Assembly: GCA_040954595.2 (NCBI GenBank)
Contig: CM082590.2
Coordinates: forward strand, 992,001 to 1,056,000
DNA: 64,000 bases
Origin: Balanoglossus misakiensis
Lineage: Eukaryota; Animalia; Hemichordata
Reading direction: 5' to 3'
Both the position numbers and the translations under genes were made by a program. Below are positions 52,543-63,762 of the stretch, piece by piece. Position 1 is the stretch's first letter. Every line of letters starts with the position of its first letter. Under the pieces are notes generated by a model. It was not told where the DNA came from. It saw only the letters and a list, made by a program, of their open reading frames with translations, and did no database searches.

Positions 52543-52877
52543 GTTGATGAAAAAATCGATGTAATGTGTCTGTAGATGACTGACGTTTGTGATCGTAGTC
52601 GGAGAAACGAACAGTGAACCGTGCTTTCATAAAAGCGTCCCAAAATGCGGGGATAGACAACACCTTAACCCAATATGTAATAACACTGCCCTAATGTATT
52701 TTAATGCTAGGCTAAATGAAATACACCAAATCAATATGAAATTTTATCAGAATATAAATATTAAAATCCTTACATGTTTTAAAACTAAACTCAATGTTTG
52801 TCATTAACCCAATATGTAATTACACTTAACCCAATATGCAATGGTAAAGGTGGCTTGTATTTGTTTTTACAAAGAGG

Positions 52878-52909
<32 letters not shown>

Positions 52910-52915
52910 ATTCTG

Positions 52916-52965
<50 letters not shown>

Positions 52966-53266
52966 TGGGAATCTCGTTAATCCATTCATTTCATTTTACT
53001 TGATGTTGTTATTTACTTCACTCATATCATAATAAATTGTCACGGGAAACGGTCAAAATATGAATTTTTCGTCAAAATTTCTGGTCTTTCATGATATCAC
53101 GATGCAATCATGCGCCTCATTTGCATTAAATTTGCATAAAGTACGCGAATTGCGACAATTTTTGGCGGACTTTTACAAAAGCTGTCTGCTGCTCACAAAA
53201 TATCGTCTGCTGCAGAGCGTTATTCCCTGTGCATTTTGATGTGTTTTTTTCGACTTTTTGGTCATA

Positions 53267-56200
53267 ATGGTGTGTTGTGGATACTACATCGTCATTGCTG
53301 CAAGAAGTACCAAGGAATTCATGACAAGACAGATGTCTTTAGTGTGTCAGCCAACAAAAAATACCAGCATAGCAGAAAGGTATGGAAAATTCAGTGAGGC
53401 AATGAGAATACACCACAGCATGTTGGTCAACAGGGATAAATTTCGGAGGCAAATTCCGACCTTTGAGAACTTGTTGTCAGTGAAGGGAAACTGGGAAAAT
53501 TGCAATGCTAAGGGAGAAAAGCAGCGTTTTCTGACACATTTTTCATTAAGTTCATGGCAAAGCTTACCAGATTCTCGAAAACGGTTACACAGCGCTTTGG
53601 ATTGTACCACTTGCAAGACCACAGAGGCTGATGTTTATAGACTCAACAGAGTACTTGGCAAGAAAGTAATGGTCCCAGTGATAAATGAGTCTACTGCCTT
53701 ATCAACCACCATATCATCCCCCAAAACGTGCGAAAAATCACCAAAATTGATGCAGAAAGAAGTAGCTAGGGCAGCAGGATACATATACGACAAACTAAAC
53801 TGTGCATTTCAACAACATTACAGCATCGATTTTAATAAGGCTTTAACAAAGGTACAATCAGCACAACTTCAAATGAAAAAAACACCAGCTCAAGTCAAAG
53901 AACTCATTAGAAAACGGAAGAGATTGTACAAACAAGAAATTGAAGACAAACTGAGGGAAAATGATAAAGATCTCCAAAATGTTCTTGCATCTGGCCAGTC
54001 ATTTTCCAGTTATAACCGCACTCGGCTTGCAAACCATTATGAGTGTATAGATGACGCATCTGATAGGGTGTACACCAGACTTCAGCAGGAAAAGGTGGGC
54101 AAGATATCGGCGCATAATCCAGTTGGAAATCTAGAAAAAAAGAGAATGGAACAAAACATCATTTCTTGAAGAGCTTTCAGAATACAATGACGGCGCGGAT
54201 GTAAACTGGTCAGCCCTTGGAAGAAAATATAATGTGACCTGTCTTGGTGACCCCAGTAAAATTGCTCCTAATGCTGGGCAAATACTAAAATCGTATGCAG
54301 AATCACAGGGCATTGATGTCACCAAATTTAATACCCGAAAAGAAATCCAAGGCAGGGACTATGACAGAAGAACAAGAAGAAAAAAGCTAAGAGGACCAGG
54401 GGGAGAAATTTCATTACCTCAGCCCCGAAGCGCCAAGATACTCCAAGAGGCTTTAAAACTGAAAATAATAAACGGCGAAGTGGAAATTGGACAACTGGTG
54501 GCACCAAAGACATTTCTGAAGGAAACAATCGACAAAGATGGCCACCTAAAAGAAGAAACCTTCACTGTCTTTGCTCGAAAAATAGCATTGAGAAAGATAC
54601 AAGAAACAGAACTGAGGAGACAGGAGAATCTTGGTGTTTTGCGTGCCAATGCCGACCAATATTTTGATGAATTGGAAGAGAGGCAACTAATACAACATCT
54701 TAAAGGTATAAATGAATTTGACCCCAGTGATGACATCACCAGTATGAAACAGAAGCTGAAGATGTTTCAGAGAAGACGCCATTTCAAGATGTGGCATGAT
54801 CACAGCAGCATAGCAAACCACTCACACATTGTGTTCATGGTCACCTGGCTGTATGACCCAGCCACATTCTACACCCGGGCAGAATATAAACGTATCCATG
54901 GTAGAGATATGGATGTGGAAGCCATTGTTGAAAAAACCCATCTTTACATCATGGGAAGATCTGGTCCAACAGATGAAGAACAACTTGGCTACATTGACAC
55001 CCGTCTAGAAGATTTGAAGGCGTCAACATCACCAGTGTCCATTGAGGAACTTCCCATGCAGTATGATGACATAAACAGATTCTTCCATGGAGACGGTCCT
55101 GCACAAGAGTTCGAAGAGGGTCAACAGAAAGGTGGCCATTATCAGTGTGTGTGTGGTATTGATGCTCGCCGGAATGATGATCTTACACATGCATTTAGAA
55201 TTCAGCACCTGTCAATGTCTGAAAAGAAGAAACTGGTCACTGGTGGTCATATCTGGAAGACAAAAGATCCAAGTGCTGTAAAGCCATTTCAAAACCTTAA
55301 AGTGGACACACTGAGAAAAGAACTTGAAAGCAGGGGTGAAGACTTAGAAGAGACAGCACTAAAAGATGATCTCAAAGGCAGACTGGACGAGATTCTTCAT
55401 GGTGTACAAAGAGTTCATTCATTACTCTACAAGAATGAAGATGCAGATCTATCCAAAATAAACTGTGACAAATATGAGACTCTGAAGGCAGAACCACTTC
55501 ATGACATCAAAGGACATGCCAAGAACATCCTAGATGAATTACCACACATGGTCAATAAAGAGGAAAGAAATACACTGGAGAAGTTTATTCATGCAGCACT
55601 GGGGAATGCAGATGAAGTACGGGGATCTGATATAAGAAAAGCTGTTATTCTTGTCACCAAGTATATTGTAGATAAGCAAGTAGAGGGCAAAGTCAGTGAA
55701 GACATAACATCCTTAATGAAAATTCTGGCAGAAATAAGTCACATCTCCTACCTCCAGGATGCCTACAGATGTCCAAAGCTTGTGCTGCGTCTGTACAACA
55801 TCACATTCTTACATGGAGTTCTATGCACCAAACTGGTACGTAAACCAAAAACCATGACTAGGAGGAAATTCTATGGAAGATACTATCATAATGTGGTTGT
55901 CCACTTACCAGATCAGTACAGGATCATTTCCCTCTACTCCACCAACACTGAAAGCCAGGAAAGAGTTTTCAATGCCATCAGAAGAATAACCAAATCAACA
56001 TCTTCTAAGCGACCTGGAGAACTAATTGGGAATGTATTCATCAGACTTCAAGCAGAAGAAGAAGCACGACTTCCATCTTCCCCAGTTGATTCACAAATTT
56101 CAAAACTGGGGAAATCTGTCACCTTTGATGGAAATACAATTTTTCCATCAAGTTTGATGAGAAGACATGCTTTAGTACAGGCTCACATGGAAAGAATTGG

Positions 56201-56294
56201 TGACTACATCATTAGAGGAGAACACATTTGGTGGAGGCAGAAAGATGTTGGAGTTGAATTCTTAGATGGGAACAACGAGCAAGACAGTAAACCA
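53267..56294 (+). CDS. Putative DDE transposase, exon 1 (one frameshift at the A-run ~54135-54141 joins ORFs 53258 and 54234)
   Basis: The frame of the second ORF is open back to EWNKTSFLEELSEY. Motifs: WHDHS, FFHGDGPA...GGHYQCVC, EPLHDIKGH, YYHNVVVH and NTESQER. Donor CCA|GTAAGT at 56295. Confidence 0.8.
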
Positions 56295-56657
56295 GTAAGT
56301 ATTACAATCAAATGCTGGAAACAGCAATCTATCTCAGACAGCTAATAGTTTTGATATTTAATATGCATGTAAACTACTCTCTAATGATCATTAACTGACC
56401 TGGATTTTTTTTATTAATTTCTAAATTTCTCATAGTTTATAGGGTTTACTGTTTAGAATGGCTAATGGTGATTCTGTGGAGTACTGAGATGAGAAAAATG
56501 TTGGATTGTGTTAACCACACAAATACTATAAACAAATACAATGACAATGATATATTTAGTCTGGCACATAAAATATGTCAGATTCAAAACAACTCACACA
56601 TACAAATCAATACTTACCTGGTAATTAATATTGCATTTATTGATAATAATTTTGCAG

Positions 56658-56844
56658 GAGGGTCCAACACTCAAGCACTTCAGGTCATCTGCTCTCATCG
56701 ATGTCATGAACTCTGTGAAGCTGACCTGGAATAAAGTTGCAGACAAAGTGAAAGAAGGACAACTAACCGTACCACTTAGATCTATCAGAATATACTCTAA
56801 TGACAGATTGGTTGAAACACTTGACCTTACACATGTAGATAATG
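56658..56844 (+). CDS. Putative transposase, exon 2
   Basis: Acceptor TTTTGCAG and donor G|GTAAGT. Phase 0 in, phase 1 out. Encodes EGPTLKHFRSS...THVDN. Confidence 0.8.
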
Positions 56845-56963
56845 GTAAGTTGTATAATATTAAATCTTTGATAAAAGCCATTTTCATTCCAGATGTAATA
56901 ACATATTCTCTACACAGTATTACAATTATAAGTTTATAATTTTAAATTTGAATATATTTTTAG

Positions 56964-57070
56964 AATGCCATGAAGAGCAAGATGACCTGTCTGAAGCAGC
57001 AGAGGATGAAATGGAAGAAAGTGACAGAATAACTAACAGTGACAATGACCCACTTGTGACAATAACAGAG
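56964..57070 (+). CDS. Putative transposase, exon 3 (acidic linker)
   Basis: Acceptor TTTTTAG and donor GAG|GTAAAT, with compatible phases. Encodes ECHEEQDDLSEAAEDEMEES...ITE. Confidence 0.75.
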
Positions 57071-57361
57071 GTAAATGATCTACTCATGCACAAGTATTGC
57101 TAGCACTGATAACACTGGTATTGTTAAGACTTGAGATCATTCCTGAGTTCATTTGTTAACAATCAACACAATCGTAACAATGATGACAAGTCAAAGAGTG
57201 GTTTTGATCACATCGTCATAATTTAACAAGAAAAATGACTCATTGATTTACTAAGCAAATATTATTGAACAATTTAAAGAAGCTACAGCCATAGTACAGG
57301 CCTCGGAAAATAGCATTGAGAACAGACAATAACCAAAAGAAAACAAATACTTACCTTGTAG

Positions 57362-57874
57362 ATTACTACAGAAGAAACTGTGGAGTCCATTGAGGATGAT
57401 GTTGGCACTTGTGATGATGAGTTACTGCCACCTTCAGATCCACCTGTATCAACAGCACATGCTACTGTGAATAGTAGACAAGATGACATGGTATCATCAA
57501 CATCAGGTGAAATCAAGAAACAAGCTATCGTGAGCAAAGCCAGCAAAACTGTTGAGTATCTTCAGGCTATACTTGGAAGCAGTACAGAGGTACAACAGTT
57601 TGTGAAGTACAGAAATAAAGTTGACGCTTATAATAAAGATCAAATGTATGCAGAAGAATACAAAAAAGCTAAAGCAGTCATAGGTACTAAATTACTTAAT
57701 TATCACCGAGAATCTTCTCAGAAAATTTCAGAATGGGAGCGCCAGTTTTGTGTAGATCACAATGGACGGTTACCAAGTATTGACAATTACAAACAGAGTA
57801 AAGAAATATACAAAATGTACAGAAATAGGGAAGTGGCAGTAAAATTTCTTCAATGTTGGGAAATTAATTATTGA
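57362..57874 (+). CDS. Putative transposase, exon 4 (terminal)
   Basis: Acceptor CCTTGTAG, in frame with ORF 57380-57874; ends WEINY-TGA. AATAAA at ~57969. Confidence 0.78.
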   Translation: MTTEETVESIEDDVGTCDDELLPPSDPPVSTAHATVNSRQDDMVSSTSGEIKKQAIVSKASKTVEYLQAILGSSTEVQQFVKYRNKVDAYNKDQMYAEEYKKAKAVIGTKLLNYHRESSQKISEWERQFCVDHNGRLPSIDNYKQSKEIYKMYRNREVAVKFLQCWEINY

Positions 57875-59956
57875 TCAAAATGAACAAAGTTCATGCCAAA
57901 TAAGGACTTTGTGTGTATATATGTAAATAAGGACTCTGTGTGTATATAAATAATGGCTTAATATTTTCAATAAAATTGCCACAATGGATAATTTATATGG
58001 TAGTAACCTTGAAGAACTATAGTCGTTTGTATAGATCAACAGTTTGATCTAATTATTTGTAACTGTATTGTATGAAAATGAAATCTGGTAGAACTCTTAA
58101 CTTGAAAAATAATCTTGAGGGGAATGTCATACTTAACTTTTAAATGAAGAAAAGCCGTAACTTTTGACTCATTTTGCTACAGTGATTATTAAGGAATGTA
58201 CATATTTCTCATCAGTATCTCTGTGTATTTTAATATTTCACAAGATTTCAAACTAGAGGCTTATTTGTTTCCAGCAAGAACTATTTTTTCTAAAATTTTA
58301 TCATTTCAATGTAGAAGTTTGCCTTGAATTTTGCATCAGGGTGTTGGTTGTAGAATTGTTTTGTGGTGCAGTGAAATCTCTTTCTCCTATGTTCTAATTT
58401 ATTTCAAATTTCTGATACAAATCAAGACACTGATTGTGCTTGACATATGTAGATGTCCCTCAGAATGTTCTCCTGAGGGCAAATTACAATATTTGTAATA
58501 ATGTTTGCTTTGTATCTTGAGGGGAGAGAAATCTATCAAATAAAATGCATGTGAGATTGTGTTGAAAATCTGTGTGTACTTATGATTACCTATCTACCAT
58601 ACCTCTTTCTTTTTTCATCAGTGCAAACTAGAAAGTTGGAAATATAAAATAGACAGAATATTATATTGACAAATATGAACTTACCATTTGATAATTGCCC
58701 AAACTTAAATCTCCTGTCCGTATTGAGGTTATAAATGGATGGAAAGACTTGAACTTCACATGTGGTAGTTGTACACGTTGGTATTTATCACAGGGTGACG
58801 ACTGCTGAATCAACAAAAAACAAACAAGAGAGAATCATTGATGAATAGCGGATATACCTCTTATCAGACCACCAATTTCTAAGCAGGAAATTACAATACT
58901 GCAGTGTGTCACACTTCAGTTTTTTCAAGACTGTTCCAAAAATAAACAGTTATACATAAATAACTGCTCACTTACCTTTATCCATTATGTTTGCTCAATC
59001 TATTCACTACCACGGATCATTCTTCTTTCAGTTCTTTTCTGATCATAACTGGACTAAGTTTTCCATCATACTGAATACAATTTTCCTACAACATATATAG
59101 GATACCTGTTATGCATAAAATGTAGCTTTAAAATACCAATATAATAAGTTTTGTCTCCATGTAATGTGACAGTTAATGCTCAGAGTAGATTGGTCAAAAG
59201 CTGAAGATGACACATCCACTAATTTTGTAGCTATTTCCCCCTTGTGACTAGTCATTCCCTTTACCCTGGGGCAGCTGAGCTGCACAGACCTTAGCCTTGG
59301 TACATGTACTATGGGGTGATGCTCATCACATGCACAAGAGGGTAAGATATAATTGAGTTGCACCGATAACGGTGAGCCTGGCTATCCACATGAAATGGAG
59401 GAGGGGTATTGCTGCTTAGTGTTTTCGTGGTGGGCTGTTCTTACATACGATCAGGCGCTTGTTTCTAAAAACAGAGTCTGCATTCATTACACCCAGCAAA
59501 TGGAGTCCGCATTCGATTGTCTCGGACCTGAACACTCTGTAGTGTACTTTAGGCTATAATACAATTAAAATACATACCTGAAAAACCAAGCAAAATGTCT
59601 TCTTCCTTGATTTACCATCTCATGCCCTTGATATGATAAGACACTTCTTCAGTAACTGCTTCTTTGCGCGGAATTGCAGCTGACAGGAAGTGAATTTGTT
59701 TTACGCGTACGCCGACCACACGGTGCACAGAGGTCAAATGACGAAGTGAATATGCACAAGGTCACAGCTTATGAATATTAATGAGGCTCATGAATAATTC
59801 ATTAAAAATGTGAGCGCCCTCGCATTAACATACTTGAGTATGTCTGGAAGCTTCCATCTGAGACAATATGTTGATGTCACGCATGCGTACACAACTTGAT
59901 TTCACTACTTTTATAAAGACTTGAGTTTTACTTCAACTCTATTGGGTTAATATTTA

Positions 59957-60316
59957 AGCAATAAAACACCCCCAGCCATGGTATACCACGAGATTTTGAC
60001 CAGTTCACGACATATACGCACGATTTACGCACGATACGCTCGATTTTGACCAGTTCAACTCCATATACGCACTCGCTATCGCTCGTGCGTATATGTCGTG
60101 AACTGGTCAAAATCTCGTGGTATACCATGGCTTTGGGTGTTTGATTGCTATTATATTATGCCAGTATATTGAAACTTTGCATAAAACATTTTAAAAAGGC
60201 ATTTTCTTTGACTATGATATATGACTGTGGTATATGGCTAATATATCACGGTCACGTGTCGTGTCTCGACCAAACAAATAGCGTGATTTACACCATCAAT
60301 ATACTGGTATAATATA
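59957..60316. mobile_element. Small double-hairpin non-autonomous element (family uncertain)
   Basis: Palindrome 59957-60149 (AGCAATAAAACACC...GGTGTTTGATTGCT, ~70-bp arms), plus inverted repeat TATATTATGCCAGTATATTGA / TCAATATACTGGTATAATATA at 60152-60316. Confidence 0.6.
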
Positions 60317-60330
60317 ATACATATTCAAAC

Positions 60331-60966
60331 ACATTAGGGCAGTGTTATTCCATATTGGGTTAAAGTGTTATTACATATTGGGTTAGTATTACATATTGGG
60401 TTAAGGTGTTATTACATATTGGGTTAGTGTTATTACATATTGGGTTAGTGTTACATATTGGGTTAAAGTTTATTACATATAGGGTTAACGTTTATTACAT
60501 ATAGGGTTAACTAATAACGTTTTTTCATGTAGAATTTACGTTATTTCATGTAGAATTAAAGTTTATTAAACACATAGGGTTAACGTTTATTACACATAGG
60601 GTTAACTAATAACGTTTTTTCATGTAGAATTAACGTTATTTCATGTAGAATTAAAGTTTATTACATATAGGGTTAACGTGTATTACATATAAGGTTAACT
60701 GAAAACGTTTATTTCATGTAAAATTCAAGTTTATAACATATAGGGTTAACGTTTATTACATATGCAGCTAGCTGATAACGTTTATTACATGTAGAATTAA
60801 AGTTTATTACATATTGGGTTAAGTGTTATTACATATTGGGTTAGTATTACATATTGGGTTAAGTGTTATTACATATTGGGTTAGTATTACATATTGGGTT
60901 AAGGTGTTATTACATATTGGGTTAGTATTACATATTGGGTTAATTATTACATATTGGGGTGATACA
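60331..60966 (-). repeat. Right TIR (636 bp) of the TGT...ACA transposon
   Basis: Tandem TTATTACATAT(T/A)GGGTTA motifs ending GGGGTGATACA. Confidence 0.88.
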
Positions 60967-61459
60967 AATGTGGTGGTCAAACTTTGCTGAACGTTTCAAT
61001 GGCAAAGCAAAAATCATTAACAAGGAGCCAATTCCGCAGTGTTGTCTACAAACGGACGCCTCGTTTTCAGGATATGGTGCTTATTTCGACGGTGACTGGA
61101 TAGCAGGGGCATGGCACCAAGATGCAGTTCCCCTTCCCCATGGAATAGAGGATCTCCCTTGGTGGAACACCGCGCAGATTCCTGCTGAGTTGTCAAATAA
61201 CATTAACTACTTGGAACTTCTTCCCATTTTATTTGCTGCACGGAAATGGTGCAAGAACTGGGAAAAACAACGTGTCGTAATTTACTCAGACAATACACAG
61301 ACAATTTCCTTTATTAACAAAGGCACATGTCACAATGCACTTGCAATGGAGTGGCTACGCGAGTTATTTTGGTTATCAGCCGCCCACAATTTTCACATTA
61401 CCGCCCGTCATATTAGGGGTGTTGACAATGTATTTGCTGATATCAGCTCGCTTATGTGA
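60967..61459 (+). pseudogene. RNase H domain fragment
   Basis: QTDAS, INYLELL, YSDN and NVFAD. Confidence 0.9.
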
Positions 61460-61499
61460 GCCAAAACATTAATTTGCTTAATTTCAGAGAGTTTCCGCA

Positions 61500-62472
61500 G
61501 AGAGCTCTACCAAGTATGGATTACCTTCAGACAGAACGCTGATGCTCCGTCATCAACAATTACCCGAAAGTCTCAGTGGAAGTCTTTCCTTCTGTTTTGT
61601 GTTAGACTACAACAAACTCCTCTTCCAGCATCTGTGGAACTGGTTTGCCTGTACTTAGAATATACCTTGCTAGGGACAAAAAGTACTCATCTATTATCAA
61701 TTATCTGAGTGCTGTGCGTAAATTACACCTTGATTTTGGGTTTGCAGACCCACATTTTAATGATTCGTACCTTGTCAAGTGTACTCTGAAAGGAATTCGC
61801 CGGATTTTAGGTGATATTCCTTCCAGGAAACTGGCTATTACTCCGTGCATCCTTCAAAGTATGTATTCAGTTGTAAATGTCTTTTTGCCTACCAACTCAG
61901 GGTTTTGGGCTGCTATTTTGACGGGTTTCCACACATTTGTTCGGAAATCCAATCTCGTTCCCCCATCAGCGGGAAAGTACGATATTGACATACACTTGTC
62001 CAGAGGGGATATTTCTATTTTTGGATGGGGTATGGTAGTTCGAGCTAAATGGACCAAGACCATCCAGTTTCATGAGCGTACCCACCTGGTCCCTGTCGTC
62101 CGTACATCAGGGTCACCTCTATGTGCAGTGGCTGCTGTTGAATACCACTTTAAACAGTTTCCTGCAGAGTCACAGTCGCCGGCCTTCCTCACTTTAGACG
62201 GGCGTCAAACCTAAGTCATTAGCCATGCAATGTTTGCAAAGGTGCTCCATAAATGGGTCAGTTTATCAGGTTTTGATGCAACTCAATATTCAGGGCACAG
62301 TCTTCGTCGGGGAGGGGCTACTTTTGCACACCAGTGTGGAGCATCATTAGAAATGATCCAGCTGCAGGGGGATTGGTCGTCCATGGCAGCGCTTGTGTAC
62401 TTGGCACGCCCTTTCCGCCAACGCACACAAGTACCTCAAATGGTCTCCCATGGGCTGGGTACAATGGTTTAG
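61500..62472 (+). pseudogene. Tyrosine recombinase (frameshift and stop)
   Basis: NYLSAVR, FVRKSNL, WTKT, GHSLRRGGAT and QGDWSS...Y. Stop codon at 62212-62214. Confidence 0.9.
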
Positions 62473-63762
62473 CTACTTGATAGTGTGAAATCTTGTTGCT
62501 TGTTGTCCCCCCCCCCTTTTGTTTTTGCGGGGGCTTTTTGCTTGGCGCCTGTAGTGGGGTATCCTTTGGTATCCCCACTACAGGTGACCAGTGTTTTACT
62601 GCAACACTGTGTCTGTTTGTTGTGTTTATTTACTACCTTCAGCTTAGCTTCGAAAGGAGAATTATAAACATAACAATGTATTGAGAAAATGATAGTAAAC
62701 TTTAGAGAAGATGAACCCTTAAATGAAATATATTTATATATAATTGTGTCTTCATATTATCAATATCATGGTTATACTGTGAAGCAAATAATTATTTTAA
62801 TGAAGAAGGGACAAAGTTTGATTGACTGAATGAAGTTTAAAGTATATATGGCATTTCCTAATGGTTATAACATTAATAATTAGTGCATCTTTGTATAGAG
62901 GCATATTGGCCTTTGGCATCAGGGTAGTGAGGTTTTAGAATTACTTCATTTATAGAAGCACGTTTCACCTTGATCTCAAATAATAGAAGCATGTAATACG
63001 AGATGAGTATCAATTTAAATACATTCGTTTGGTTTTCAGGTGAATTAATCAGCATGGCAATGATAATTGAGAGTCAATGCCAGTTGTCTAATATGCAAAA
63101 TGTATAATGGTGTATGTTATGAGGTTTGCTAGAGCAAATGTTCAGCCGAGCTTCTGTTCTATATAAAGCAGGCCATTAATGTCCTTTGCAGGAAAATCTT
63201 ATAAATTTGATGACATTGGTTCAACATTAATGAAATACGTAATTACTTCATACTAAGTTGTACTGATCTAAAAATGAAAATTGGCTGAAATGTTATATTT
63301 ATTTTATTTTATATATCATTACTTTTTTGGTATTTTTACATGGGTGTGTGGCAATAGTAAAGTGCACATAACAAACATGGTTTGTTTTGTGAGGTGAACT
63401 GTGTGTGAAGTTTTCTCATTTACAGGATGATGTGTACGAATTCTAATACTTTTACACACTATGTAGAGATGTATTTATTGCGTGTGATTTATGAATTTAT
63501 TTAACATTCTTAAGGATGTACGATCAGTCAAATTGTCATTTCTTTTAATTGTGGATTTCTTGTTTCTTCTATGTAAGCATAATAAAAATCTGTCATAAAA
63601 TACTGGGGTTACCGCATTTGTTTTTGAATTACAAGGTAGTGAATTTATTTGATACATGTACTGGTAACTGACATGAGTTTGCATGAAATACCTATTTAAG
63701 AACCTTGGTAATTTCTGAGGGATAAATTATGATGATCGTTAATTTGTAATGAGAAAATATCA

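Larger units (their letters stand above)
47548..52658 (-). mobile_element. Ngaro-type (DIRS order) tyrosine-recombinase retrotransposon, 5'-truncated, defective
   Basis: gag, RT/RH and YR are co-oriented, with no methyltransferase seen. 97-bp split direct repeats at 47548-47644 and 47852-47948 (B1-A2-B2 layout). No 5' A1 copy was found. Confidence 0.9.
44204..60966 (+). mobile_element. Large DNA transposon with TGT...ACA ends, long repeat-built TIRs and a RAG1/Transib/CMC-like transposase gene
   Basis: Begins TGTATCACCCCAA(C)ATGTAATAATTAA and ends TTAATTATTACATATTGGGGTGATACA. The arms share unique landmarks in inverted orientation (CGTTATCAGCTAGCTGCATATG; TAACACTGCCCTAATGT at 52681 vs ACATTAGGGCAGTGTTA at 60331). 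No TSD is visible. Confidence 0.85.
60967..62670 (+). mobile_element. Second DIRS/Ngaro-type retrotransposon, 3' remnant
   Basis: RNase H followed by a co-oriented YR; cut at its 5' side exactly by the TIR end. Confidence 0.85.

Noticed and set aside
53267-60966. Bona fide ProtoRAG (RAG1L + RAG2L with RSS-like TIRs)
   Set aside because: There is no CACAGTG-like terminal heptamer, no RING or nonamer-binding GRP motif seen, and no RAG2-like ORF. Only the catalytic motif order is shared.
60331-60966. Telomeric repeat
   Set aside because: GGGTTA is embedded in longer 17-24-bp units, and the array has an inverted partner at 44204, so it is a TIR.
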